Positions 25,962 through 37,476 of a stretch of DNA of 64,000 bases are shown here, piece after piece (position 1 is the stretch's first letter; each line of letters starts with the position of its first letter). Made by a program: the position numbers and the translations under genes. This DNA comes from Takakia lepidozioides (Eukaryota; Plantae; Bryophyta), in NCBI GenBank assembly GCA_030704615.1, contig CM060732.1, positions 23,002,001-23,066,000 on the forward strand, read 5' to 3'. The notes under the pieces are model-generated. The model had not been told where the DNA came from and did not search any database. It was given only the letters and a program-made list of their open reading frames with translations.

Positions 25962-28900
25962 GTGGAGGAGGTGCACATTGTGAGTGTCATTACGGAGTTA
26001 CCCAAGGGTTTGGAGGGGAGTACGGCTACAGGCAGTAACAGTGAGAGTGGGTTCACAAGACGAGGTATTCGGTTCAGACCACCTTCACCGCCACCCTCAA
26101 TTACTGTAGAGTCAGACACAGACTCGGAGGCTTCATCAACAGGTGTGCACTTTCATTCGCCATTGTTGTGGGGCAACATGGAGGAGATGTATGGAGCTAC
26201 CAAGGGGCCTCGTAGGTACTCTGGAGCTGTGGGCACAATTGAGTTGGATGACTTTATCCAGGAGTTCGACAGCTGGTGTGATTTGCAGCAGATGCGCAAT
26301 CCACAGCTATTTACCCCATTCATGGCGTGGAAGGAACTGTTCCAGCATTTGGAAGGCCCGCCTATGGACGATTACCACGAGTTCAGGCGAGGACATGAAC
26401 CAGAGATTGAGGAGTGGAGGATGTATTGGTCACCTGACTACGTCTCCATTACTCGAGGCACGACGCGACCAGTAGCTGCATCAGTACCAATAGCTCCCAC
26501 TGCCAGCACTAGTAGTGGAGCAAGTAGTGCTGGTACTTCTGCAGGTGCTACCAGTTCAAAAGGTGCTACTACTCCTCCTGCCACGACTACAACACATGTG
26601 CCTAGATTCAACCCGGTGGTGGAGTTCTTCCAGGAGTTGCGGAGGAACTACCAAGGTGTAAGGACAGAGAAGCTGCGAAGTTTGCAAGACTTCCAGCGCA
26701 AACCCAGTGAGAGCCTGCGAGAGGCGTACACTCGTATGAGGCGCTTGATAAGTGTGACCCAAGGGGTTACAGAAGCTCAGGCAATCCAGTTTTGGTATGG
26801 AATTCTGGACAAGGAGCTCAAGAGAAGGGTGCGAGATGCAACCCTGTTACAAGCAGCCCAACCCACATTAGCAGATGTGTTTCTGCTGGCTGAGCGGAAT
26901 GAGCTCAACATGGTGGAGGAGCGAGTTGTTACCATTGGATTTGGCAAGGACATGCCTGCACGAGGCGCAGCTGCCAGCCCACAGGCACAAGGTACTACCC
27001 AACAGCGTGGTCAGGGGGGCAAGGTTGCCCAGCCCAAGTTCCATGGAGCTTACAGGGGACCTCAGGTGCAGAGGCCCGTGGCATCTTTTGCAGGCCAACA
27101 GCAACCAGGGGTGATATGTTGGACATGTGGAGGACCCCATGTCAAGAGAGATTGCCCAGAGAGTGGCAAAAGGCCGGCACAAGCACAGCCTGCACAGTTG
27201 CAGTGTGGGCATTGCGGCAAGTATGGGCATGGAGATGCCCAGTGTTATGACTTGCATCCTGAGTTGCGCCCAGGCCAGTTCCAAGGGAACAATGGTGGCC
27301 GGGGGCGAGGTGGACTAGCCCAAAGTGGACGAGGTGGTCGGGCACGAGGTGCAGGCCAAGGGCAAGCTCCACATGGCCAAGGACGCGGAGTTCAGGGTGT
27401 TGACCAAGGCATGGCTAATCGGCTTCAGCAGCTAGAGCAGAGGCTCGCTGCCATGGCTATAGCTCAGGCGGTACCGGCTCCCAGGCAGGATGGTCCACCT
27501 CCTGATCCTGAGGGAGGAGATATGGGAGGTATGGGATTCATGTGCGGAGCAGCACTACCACTAGTGCAGGTGGAGTCTGCTGCAGCCGTGACTCGAGGAG
27601 CAGCACGAGTTCCTGAGCCACGAGGTGCAGAGGTGGAGTTGGATCCACAACGTGGGGAGGCAAGCCGTCAGGCGAGGCTGCCTCAGTCATTCACCTTGGC
27701 AGAGATAGTGTCAACGCCATCCATGGCACCTAGTTCTCGCCCGACTGTTACCGAGGCGGAGGTTACTATGCCATTGGGGAGAGCTACACGTGCAGCACTG
27801 ACACCTGCTACCAAGGCTAGTGCAGCCGGTGTGTTGTTGGGGGCAGCCACCTCTGTGTGTCAAGCCCCACTGTTCTCGGCAACCATGATTGCGACGCCGA
27901 GAGTGAGACCAGCTGCAGTGTTCAGACTAGCAGCAACACTCTGTGAGAGTGGGGAGGTCACTTCATCTTCTGCGGAGTTAGTGGAAGGTGTAGTGGCAGA
28001 GGGATCCTCGGATTTGAGGGTCAAGACTGCCACGGCAGCGCCCTGGCAAGCTGCAGCTGCCAGATTGACGGAGCTGCCAGCTAGGCCAGCCTTAGAGCGC
28101 GCCACAGTGACACCTGGAGTTGTCTTGTTAGACAACCAGGGAGGCATTTTCACTTTGAGTGGACCGGCAGGCAAGAAGTACCGGCCACTGCGGCTCTTGT
28201 TGGACTCGGGAGCCCAGCCACTGATGTTGGGCAGAGCTGCTATTGTAGGTTTGGGCCTCATGGAGGCGGATATGGAGCCTTGTCCTTTCCAGATACAGAC
28301 ATCTCTGGGAGGATCAGAGCAGGCTCGGGGCATGACATGGCATCAGTTGGCCATTAGACTGCAGCCGGATCATCCTAGAGATGGCTCAGTGATGCGAGCC
28401 AAGGCCATTGTGACAGACGCGATCTCTTACGATGTCCTCGTTGGTGGGGCAGTATTATATCCCATGGGCTTCACCCTGGACTTTTGGGAGGAGTCAGCAT
28501 CCTACAGGCCTGGATGGCAGTCAGACGATGGTCGCCGTGCACAGCTCCCTGTGACATTCATTGGGGGTATAGCGGCTGCCCAGCGGGGCAAGATGCCAAC
28601 ACTAGCCGCCTTTACAGCTGCAGTTAGTTGGCTTGGAGAGTTGCTGGAAGGCAATGCCCATGCAGAGGATGTGCCACCTCCAGCAGAGCAGGATGATATG
28701 CATGGTATGGCGGAGTTGCCTGCCATGGTTGCTCACACTCCATTGTGGGGTACGAGCAAGGATTTGCAGCAACCTGCTGATAAACGGGTGCAACAAGCTT
28801 GGGTAGAAGTTTTTGTACCGTCAGGAGAGGAGGAGAGTGCAGTGATTGCACCAGGGAAACCTCAGTTGTCGCCATTGGACACCATACCTCTTGTGTGGCA

Positions 28901-30164
28901 GCGGCCGGATGAAGGCATATGCCTTCTGGACTTATTTGGCGGGATCAGCACTGGATTGGCTGCAGTGCTGCAGGCAGGTGTACGAGTTCGACGTTACCTG
29001 TATGTGGAGAGGGATGAGACTTCACGACGCGTCTCACTGCGCCATGTTGCTCAGATGCTGCAGCAGTACCCTGAGTTGTTGCCGGTGTCTGCAGTTCGTG
29101 GATATCAGCAGGCCTTGCCAGCAGACATTGCGTTGCTGGGGGCGCAGGATTTGGAGCGGGTTGGCTCCATTGATCAGGTAGTGGCAGGTTGGCCCTGCCA
29201 AGGGCATTCATCAGCCGGGCATGGCAATGGATTGCGAGACTTGAGGACGGGTCTGTTTTGGGAGATGGTGCGGATTTTGCGCCACTTGCAGCTTCATCAA
29301 GCTGTATCGCCAGCATACATCTTGGAGAATGTGCCACTGATGGGCGATTCTCGGGCCAGGGTGATGGCCAGTGTGCATCAAGTCCGATCATGGCTTGGGT
29401 CAGCAGTGCTGCTGGATGCAGCTGCAGTGGGATCACGGGCTCATCGTCCACGGCTATGGTGGACTAACTTGATGCCACCCGCACTGCTCAAGCATGCATT
29501 TGATGGGGTGCAGCGGCCAGCACACCTCACCGTGGATGGCATTTTGGACACAGGGAGGCAGTCTCAACGTGTGAGACACGATGACCGTTCGCCTTTGGCA
29601 GTGGTCAACAGGGTGGGTCAACCACCATCAGCATTACCTACACTGCTCAGCTTCCCAGGATCCCATGCTTTTCGGGATGGTGGACCTGGCCTCCTGTGGG
29701 ATGCTCAGTTGCAGCAGTTAGTGGAGCCTAATGCCGACGAGCGAGAGCGGGCTATGGGGTTTTCCACTGGGACCACGGCGGTGCCTTCTCTTTCTGAGGC
29801 ATCACGGCGTCAGGTGTTGGGGCAAGCAATGGATCTCAATTGCTTGACCTGGATTATCAGCTTGGCTATGGCTGAGCAACGTAGAGTGCGGAGTGCACTC
29901 CCCTTCATGGTCTCTCTGCCTACCGAGACGGTACAGGCAGCGAGTGGGGGCGAGCCGGTGAGGACCACGGGGTGTAGACATCCATGGCACACGTGGGAGG
30001 TGCTCGAGGTCCAAAGGGAGTTGGCAGCCAAGGCAGCTGTGATGGATGAGGTTGGGGATTTTTCTCGAGTTGAGGAGGTTCCCAATGATGAGATGATGGG
30101 GCAGGATGAGGCCTTGTCATTGACTGAGCAGGAAGGGGGTACTGCTCAAGAGGTTGCAGCATAG
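25962..30164 (+). CDS. Gag - aspartic protease - C5-cytosine DNA methyltransferase polyprotein
   Basis: Retrotrans_gag-like helices; zinc knuckles CWTCGGPHVKRDC and CGHCGKYGHGDAQC; protease LLDSGAQ. DNMT motifs LDLFGGISTG, YVERD, AGWPCQG, ILENV, HRPRLWW, ERERAMGF, LGQAM at ~28910-29840. Likely ATG at 26178. Confidence 0.9.
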   Translation: MEEVHIVSVITELPKGLEGSTATGSNSESGFTRRGIRFRPPSPPPSITVESDTDSEASSTGVHFHSPLLWGNMEEMYGATKGPRRYSGAVGTIELDDFIQEFDSWCDLQQMRNPQLFTPFMAWKELFQHLEGPPMDDYHEFRRGHEPEIEEWRMYWSPDYVSITRGTTRPVAASVPIAPTASTSSGASSAGTSAGATSSKGATTPPATTTTHVPRFNPVVEFFQELRRNYQGVRTEKLRSLQDFQRKPSESLREAYTRMRRLISVTQGVTEAQAIQFWYGILDKELKRRVRDATLLQAAQPTLADVFLLAERNELNMVEERVVTIGFGKDMPARGAAASPQAQGTTQQRGQGGKVAQPKFHGAYRGPQVQRPVASFAGQQQPGVICWTCGGPHVKRDCPESGKRPAQAQPAQLQCGHCGKYGHGDAQCYDLHPELRPGQFQGNNGGRGRGGLAQSGRGGRARGAGQGQAPHGQGRGVQGVDQGMANRLQQLEQRLAAMAIAQAVPAPRQDGPPPDPEGGDMGGMGFMCGAALPLVQVESAAAVTRGAARVPEPRGAEVELDPQRGEASRQARLPQSFTLAEIVSTPSMAPSSRPTVTEAEVTMPLGRATRAALTPATKASAAGVLLGAATSVCQAPLFSATMIATPRVRPAAVFRLAATLCESGEVTSSSAELVEGVVAEGSSDLRVKTATAAPWQAAAARLTELPARPALERATVTPGVVLLDNQGGIFTLSGPAGKKYRPLRLLLDSGAQPLMLGRAAIVGLGLMEADMEPCPFQIQTSLGGSEQARGMTWHQLAIRLQPDHPRDGSVMRAKAIVTDAISYDVLVGGAVLYPMGFTLDFWEESASYRPGWQSDDGRRAQLPVTFIGGIAAAQRGKMPTLAAFTAAVSWLGELLEGNAHAEDVPPPAEQDDMHGMAELPAMVAHTPLWGTSKDLQQPADKRVQQAWVEVFVPSGEEESAVIAPGKPQLSPLDTIPLVWQRPDEGICLLDLFGGISTGLAAVLQAGVRVRRYLYVERDETSRRVSLRHVAQMLQQYPELLPVSAVRGYQQALPADIALLGAQDLERVGSIDQVVAGWPCQGHSSAGHGNGLRDLRTGLFWEMVRILRHLQLHQAVSPAYILENVPLMGDSRARVMASVHQVRSWLGSAVLLDAAAVGSRAHRPRLWWTNLMPPALLKHAFDGVQRPAHLTVDGILDTGRQSQRVRHDDRSPLAVVNRVGQPPSALPTLLSFPGSHAFRDGGPGLLWDAQLQQLVEPNADERERAMGFSTGTTAVPSLSEASRRQVLGQAMDLNCLTWIISLAMAEQRRVRSALPFMVSLPTETVQAASGGEPVRTTGCRHPWHTWEVLEVQRELAAKAAVMDEVGDFSRVEEVPNDEMMGQDEALSLTEQEGGTAQEVAA

Positions 30165-33100
30165 CAACCACGGGACGCGTCCTCTACCTCTAAGCCCACT
30201 GGACTTAAGATTGCAGTTACGGAGGACAATTGGGAGCCTGACATTGGACCCATTGTCACCGGAGGAGAGAGATGACGTATACGGCGGTTCCTGAGGGCTT
30301 ACAGGAATTGCTTTGCTTTTAGTTTGAAGGACTTGGGAGCACTGAAGGGTCAAGAGATCCGTATTGAGTTGGCCACTGACACGCCAATCTTTCGGAGACC
30401 CTATAGATACAGTGACATGGAGAGGTCTTTGATTCAGATGAGGACTCAAGATCTCTGGGAGGCAGGTTTGGTGGAGCTCTCTGGTGGAGAGTATGCTTCA
30501 GCCACAGTGATGCCAGCTAAGAAGGATGTCTATGGCAATTGGACGGAGAGACGTATGTGCGGTGATTACCGGCCTGTAAATCGTCAGACTAAGTCCGATA
30601 GGTATGCCATGCCAACACCAGAGGAGATCTTTGATGCCATTGGGCATTCCAAGGTCTTTAGCACGTTGGATTTACGATCCGGATATCACCAGTTGCCGAT
30701 CAAGGAGGCGGATAAGCAAAAGACGGCATTCTGGGGGATCAATGAGCACGGGAAGGATTGCCTATACCAGTGGCGGTTCTTACCATTTGGGCTTAAAAAC
30801 GCTCCCGCTGAGTTTCAAAGAGTCATGGACAGGATTCTAGCAGGGGTGGAGTTTGCTCGGTGCTACATAGATGACATCATCATCTTTAGTGCTACGGTGG
30901 AGGAGCATGAGAGACACCTTCAGGGGGTATTTGAGCGCTTAAGGACGCACGGATTGAAGTTACATCCGGGCAAGTGCAAGTTTTTCCACAACCAGATTGA
31001 GTATCTGGGTCACATGATATATCCTGGAGGATTGGGGGTACAGCAGACTAAGGTAGAGTCCATTGCACAGGTTCCACGCCCCACGGATGTGAGCCGTATT
31101 TGAGCTTTCATGGGGTTAGCAAACTATTACAGACGGTTTGTTAAGGGATTCAGTGCCATTGCAAAGGCTGTAACCAAGCTGACCAAGGTGGACCAGGAGT
31201 GGCAGTGGGAAGATGAGCAAGAACAAGCTTTTCAAGAGCTCAAGGCGAGGTTGACCTCGGCGCCCATCTTGAGATGACCTATCAGGGGGCGTCCTTTTCA
31301 GCTGCATACAGATTGGAGCATGCTGGGGCTTGGAGCGGTGCTCACACAGGTGGATGATGAGGGAAGAGAGTTCGTAGTGGCTTATGCTAGCCGCTCGAAC
31401 AATGCTGCAGAGTCTAAGTATAGCTCATATGAGGGAGAATGCTTAGCTGCAGTGTGGGCCGTGGCACACTTCAGGTGCTATCTATATGGCAATCTCTTCA
31501 CCCTTGTCACGGATCACCAACCACTCAAGTGGTTGATGGAGTCAGACAAGCTTACGGGGAAGCTTGCACGGTGGACACTCATCCTTCAAGAGTATGACTT
31601 CCAGGTGGTGCATCGACCGGGTTTGGTCAATCGCAATGCAGATGGGTTGAGTCGCAATCCATGCACGAGCCAGCAGGATGACACTAGAGCTCGGTGGCAT
31701 GGTGAGACGGACGAGGAGATGGTGCCCGGATGGCATGCATCTGCATTTCTGTGTATCTTGGCAGCGGAAGGCCAGGTTGGACCTGCAACAGGGATGACTG
31801 TAGATCAAGTGTCTGAGGACCCTGAGGCCAGCAATGAGCAAGGTGGCGCCAAAGATATACATGAGGATTCAGTTGTGTTGGACTACCTCCGCACTGGAGA
31901 CACGGCAGCCACTGTGACTGCCAAGGAGAGGGATCGGATCCTACAACGAGCCAAGAGGTTCAAGTGGGAAGGGACACACCTACTCTGAGTGTGGGAGGAT
32001 GGTCGAGTGAGGATTGTGCCTCACCCAACACAGCGGGCACGGTTAGTGCGCCATGCCCATGAGGAGTTGGGGCATTTTGGGGTGCGACGCACTCATAGTC
32101 TACTGCAGGGGCAGTATTTGTGGCGTGGTATGCACACAGAGGTGCAACAATTTGTGGCTAGGTGCATGGTGTGTGACAGGGTGCGTGCTTCATTCAACGC
32201 CCCTACTCCACAATTGCACCCTCTTCCCATCATGGGATTAGGCTACAGGTGGAGTCTTGACTTCGCAGGGCCGTTGCCACTGACCATGCGCCACAACAAG
32301 TACGTGTTGGTGATGGTGGAGCACTTCTCCAAGTGGATTGAATTGGTTCCATTGCCTGATAAGGCTAGTGAGGGAGCTGCGTATGCATTCCTGGATTGTG
32401 TGCTTAGCCGATTCGGTGCTCCAGCTGAGGTACTCACGGATCAAGGGAGAGAGTTCTTGGGGGAGTTTCAGGCTTTGTGTGACAAGGCCTTGATTGACCA
32501 CCGCACCACTTTTCGGGATCATCCTGAGGCCGATGGCTTGGTAGAGAGAGTTGTTCAGACAGTAAAGAGGGGTTTGCGCAAGTATGGCTTGCAGAAGGGA
32601 CACCTAGGAGATTGGGACCTTCAGTTACCCTGGTTAGCCATGGGCTACAGGTTCAGCAAGCAAGCATTACTTGCCTCCTTCTCACCATACTTTCTTCTCT
32701 TTGGCCGAGAGCCGGATTTGCCTACATCCATTCGCAGAGAAGCTGCTACAGTTCTTAACCTTGACGATCCGGACGTGTGGGCACGTGCATGTGAGCAGCG
32801 TGCAGAGTTGTTCAAGAGAGTCATGCCCATGGCTTTCGAGAACCTTGCCATTGCACAACACCGTGATACGTTGAGGTATGCTACCATACGTGGTGGGGGC
32901 TATCGTCCTGGGGTTCGGAGATTCAACCCTGGTGACTATGTCTATCTGCAGCAGACTGCTCCTACGACCCTGGATGTGACTGCAGGACGTGTTATTTTGA
33001 GGGTTCGAGAGGTCTTGCCCTCAAGCGTCTTGGTCTTGGAGGGTCGGGATGGCATAACTTGGAGGGACCATGTGCGTAATTGTGCGCCATGTCACCTTCC

Positions 33101-33299
33101 GAATGTCGATGGCAGGATTGACCCAAACCTAGCAGTGGTATTTGCAGGTTTGAGGTGCATGTTGTGTGGGTCTGCTAAAGGGGCAACCACCATGCTGCTG
33201 TGTGATCGATGCTCTAGAGGTTGGCATATGGGATGCTTGACTCCACCTCTTGAGATGGTTCTGGATGGGGATTGGTTATGTCCACGATGCATTGGATAG
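30165..33299 (+). pseudogene. RT - RNase H - integrase - PHD finger (pol continuation, interrupted by in-frame stops)
   Basis: LDLRSGYHQ, LPFGLKNAP, YIDD; RNase H TDWS...YEGECLA...TDH; integrase HHCC and DDE core; C-terminal C4HC3 PHD CMLC...CDRC...WHMGCL...WLCPRC. Several TGA stops in the same frame. Confidence 0.9.
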
Positions 33300-33558
33300 T
33301 GGGAGTGGATACAACCACGGAAGGCTAACAAGCAACGCAAGGCCCAGCTACATGAGACCTTGAATACACAAAGTCCTGGCTCAAGTTCACAGATTGCAAG
33401 ACGGCGACTAACGATGGGGCTACTCTTGTACCCGGCCTCTTGGTCTATAGAGTTTGAGTACGATAGGGACAGTGATAGAGGACTTAGTACGGCTATGGCT
33501 ATTACGTCTTGTAGCTATCTGGAGGTAGAGGGACCTATCCACCAGCTAGGGGGGCGAT

Positions 33559-34089
33559 TGTGGTAGACTACTTTATTGTGCATGTATGTGTGGTGTGGTT
33601 TGGACAGCGATGTAGTTGTGTTGCGATACGTATGCGCACGACAGCTGTCAAGTTAAATAAGCACAGTGTGAAACTAGCTAGAATAAAGCTAGTTATTTGT
33701 ATTTAACACTTGGATTTAGGTCAAGTGTTAAATCAGGTGTCAAGTTTAGTTTGACACCTGACCCGTCTTATCTTCACGAGAGCGGCAGTCGCGCAGCTCA
33801 TCTCTCTCGAGTTGAGCCTGCGCGACCGAGCTCCTGCATCGTTTAGGACTGAGTGTGCTCATGATGGGAGTGTAGGTTGTTGTGGGGTGGAGTCCCCACA
33901 GCTTGGGGTGCCCCTGGCTCGACTTCTGTTTTAAAGAGTGATAGCGATGGATTTCATATTTCTTGTGTTGGGAGTGTGTGTCCTTTTAGCTTTCTTATCA
34001 CTTTTGTGGTAGACTACTTTATTGTGCATGTATGTGTGGTGTGGTTTGGACAGCGATGTAGTTGTGTTGCGATACGTATGCGCACGACA
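33559..34089 (+). repeat. Right-end B-A-B repeat block of Gypsy copy 1
   Basis: Purine tract AGGGGGG just upstream, then B (85 bp), GC, A (355 bp), CTTT, B (85 bp). Confidence 0.92.
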
Positions 34090-37000
34090 TGGTCCTGAGT
34101 TCCTTCAGCAAATCAAAACACACTATGACAAGCATGTGCATCCGGAAGATGCAGCAGGAGAAATTGCACCGGCTGGCCATATCGATGGTCGACCCACAAA
34201 CAAAAATAAGGTGGCTGGAGATATGGAACTCAGATCAAACAGTAAAGGACTTGAATCAGCTCCCAAAGAGCACCATACAGCCTGGCACAAAGGTGGAAGG
34301 AATCAGTGATTTGGTGTTTGATAACTGGCTCCACAAGGCTACATTTTGGAGTCAGGTGTGTATTCAAACATGTTGTTTTCTTCTCTTCAAGTATGTGATG
34401 AGTATCTTATTTGCAATTCTGACAAATATACTATTTGCAGCTCGAAAAGCGCGCCGTCATTGTGCTGGATTAGACTTTGAAGGACCTGAACATTTCGATT
34501 GTTTCCCCTCCCCAAATGTCATTGGAGGCATACATAAGGAAGTGGAGAGGTCTCACATGGAGATACTGTTTTTTCCGGGAGTTCTCCAAAGATGGTAACA
34601 TTTTACGGTCCAACGACTTTGACAGTCAGGTTGGAGGAGAGTGGGCCATGATGCGAGTTGTGTACAGGTGCAATGTCATACTTGAAACTCTACTGTTTTT
34701 TTTGGGAAAAAATGTGGCTTCATATGGATTGCAATCTTAGATCCAGATTGAATGTCGTTGACGACATTCACTTCTTTGTCTGAGTCATTCTTAAGCGAGT
34801 ATATGAATTCACCTGGTTAGGATCTAAGGGTGCAATTATAGTGTCCCTGATTAGAATTGATAATGTCCTTGAATGGCGTTGACGACATTCACATACGGAG
34901 TTGTTGAGAGGTCCTCAGAGTTATGTAAATTTTTGTAATGTCCATAGAGGTTACAGTGAGGGTTCCTCACTTCATTTTGCTGAATGTCAATGCAGACATT
35001 CAGTTGTTCTGCATTGTTTTTGCCTCTTGCGAGGAATCTGGAGGCTTGATAAGCTCTGTTATGAAAAATCCAAAGTGAATGTCGTTGACGACATTCACTG
35101 CTGTGTCTGTATTATTCAACAGCGACAAATTGAATTTACATGGATTGGGAGCTAAGTAATTGGTTTCTTTTTGGTATTTTTGTGAATGGCGTTGACGCCA
35201 TTCACATACAGTGATGTTGTGAGGTCCTCAGTGATATGTTCGTTATGAATGTGCATTGAGTTTTCCTGGAGGGTTCCTTACTCGATTTTTTGATTTCCAT
35301 CCTGTGATTTTGCTTCATTTAAGTAATAATTTGGCTTCATTAGTGAATGTCGTTGACGACATTCACTTCTATGTCTGTGTCATTCCTAAACGATAATTTG
35401 CATTCACCTGGATTAGGGTGTATTTACAGTATCATTGAATGCAATGTTTTGAATGGCGTTGACGACATTCATATCTGGAGCAGTAGTGTGGTCCTTGGAG
35501 CAGTTCTCAGAGCCATTTCAATCTATGTTTTTTTCATTCTGTTCTACTTGCATCTTACTCACTGAGCGCTTTTGTGGGTTGGGATTTATCTCCTTTTTCC
35601 AGGTACACGAAATATGTGCTTATGGAAGGAAATCACCTGAGCGGAATTCCCGACTATCTTGACATGTGGTCGGACCCTGCAAACGATCCAACCATGTATA
35701 CTGCAGGGATATTGAAGGACTGGAGTCCTTCTCACTTCAGAGACTATGGGTGGTACCTTGACTGCCCACCTGAGCACACGACCTTTCAAGAACAGCATAT
35801 GAAATACTTGAACAATAACGCTGAGATGCTGGCGCCTTTGACTGACGAAGAGTATCAACGAAACATAGCAACATTGGCTGCCAAGGAGCCTGATGCTCAG
35901 GGAACGCCGCAGAAGGGAAAGAAGGCGGGCCGCAAACCAAAAGACAAGGCTGTTGATGTCATAGCCATCTCACCAGCAAAGCCAAAGGACAAAGACAAGT
36001 CCAAAGAGAAGGAAAAAGACAAGGGGAAGGAGAATGAAAAGGAGATGGAGAGTGGGCAGGACTTTACTGCTGGAAGATATACCCGCACTCTTCAGTGCGT
36101 GTTCCATGCCAAGCCACACCCTTCTCGTTCTGATTCAGCAGGAGAGATGAAAATTGTTAATGAGGGTTGGCTTTCGATGATGCAGAGTCGAAAGAGAGGA
36201 TACACTGGGGTGCCATCCCCTACCTGGGACAATATAATCTCATTCCTCAATCTGGTGAGAATTCCAGTTTCTTTCCTTTTTCTCTGAAAATTTCGTTGGC
36301 AGTATTTCAGTCTCGTTCTTTGAAAACAATCTTGCCATCGTTCTTATAAAAAACATGTCTGTTGCAGGTGAGCACAGGTCCCACCTCCGTGTGCGGTGTG
36401 CAGAAAACTTATGCGGCCGACATTGTCATTCTCGACATCCCGGATAGCCAGGCTGTGCCAGAAGTTCTTCCAAAGGGCAAGACGCCAGGCTGGAACAAAT
36501 TCGAGGACAACTACTGGAGTTGGGTGTTCGGGTTCTGTAACAACTTCCTCTCTGATGCAGGGACACTTCTGCTTTTTCAGTCATGTGACAATGATAGTCG
36601 TCGGGCATTGGCATCATACCTCAAGTCTTCAGGGTTTGAAGTTTTGCGCACATGGAATTGTGTGAACAGCCTCTACCTTGTGAAAGGGGGTTTCCCTGGT
36701 CAGCTGGTATGTCATCTCCCTTCTGCTTGTGTTTTGATCATGAGTTTCAATTTTCTCTGCAGCTCCACTCTAGTAGAATGTGTTATGATCGACACCGATC
36801 ATCACCGATTTATGATTTTTTTGTGTCTGAGTTCTGAATAGCCGATGTACACACTTCCACTATAGATTGTGTTTACCACACTAACCTGCTATCTTTGGCA
36901 GACGAGGATGTTCGAGGCGATCTGCCTGCGGAGGATTCGCACCTCAAAGACACCATCCTCCATCCGCAGCTTTGAGATTTCTGACCAGGGTTGTTTCGTC

Positions 37001-37476
37001 AACCCCCCCTATGAGCCCCATGTCGATGACATTTTGTACAACTTCATGCAGTCCAGTCAGACTCTGAAGAGACCAGATGGCACTCCCTGGAGAGGTGCAA
37101 AGGAAAAGTCCCCAGCGTTCATGCAAATACTGCTGGAGTCATGCAGCCACCGCTCTGCACGGGTGGTCGATCTTTCTGTGTCCACAGGTTCGTTTTTTCC
37201 CTTCCGAATTGGTTTCCTTTCAACAGTTTCATCTGCTTAAATCCCCCCCTCCAAACTGTTCATGTTCTCCTGTCTGGTGCAGGAGCAACTTACCATGCAT
37301 GCAAGGCAGGCGGAAGAAACCTTTTTGGCATGGAGGGTGATTCTGACCTCTACAACACAGTGCTCCTCCCCCTTTTGTCTGGCTCCACTTCAGGCACACA
37401 GACTGATCGGATTCAAATTCAAAATGATGACGATCCCGAAGATAAGCAGGTCGACAACGACTTTTCATGTGAGTAA
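34090..37476 (+). pseudogene. ParB-MTase family gene copy 2 (5' part absent, frameshift near 34147)
   Basis: Exon-by-exon similarity to copy 1 (KWLEIWNSD, WLHKATFWSQ|, YAADIVILDIPD, KSPAFMQILLE...VVDLSVSTG|ATYHACK) with the same intron positions. Begins directly at the Gypsy right end. Confidence 0.8.
34749..35471. repeat. Six intronic hairpins GTGAATG(T/G)CGTTGACG(A/C)CATTCAC
   Basis: Copies at ~34749, 34870, 35074, 35181, 35342 and 35450, within intron 34668-35602. Confidence 0.9.

Larger units (their letters stand above)
22537..34089 (+). mobile_element. Ty3/Gypsy retrotransposon copy 1 (DNMT- and PHD-bearing) with split direct repeats A...B-A-B
   Basis: Starts TGTC, ends GACA. Repeat A at 22537-22891 and 33646-34000; repeat B at 33559-33643 and 34005-34089. 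Gene order gag-PR-DNMT-RT-RH-IN-PHD. Confidence 0.9.

Noticed and set aside
22530-34096. TGGTTCT / TGGTCCT as a TSD for Gypsy copy 1
   Set aside because: The two flanks belong to different elements (CACTA vs ParB-MTase gene). TTCT with 60457-60460 restores a reading frame and is the better explanation.
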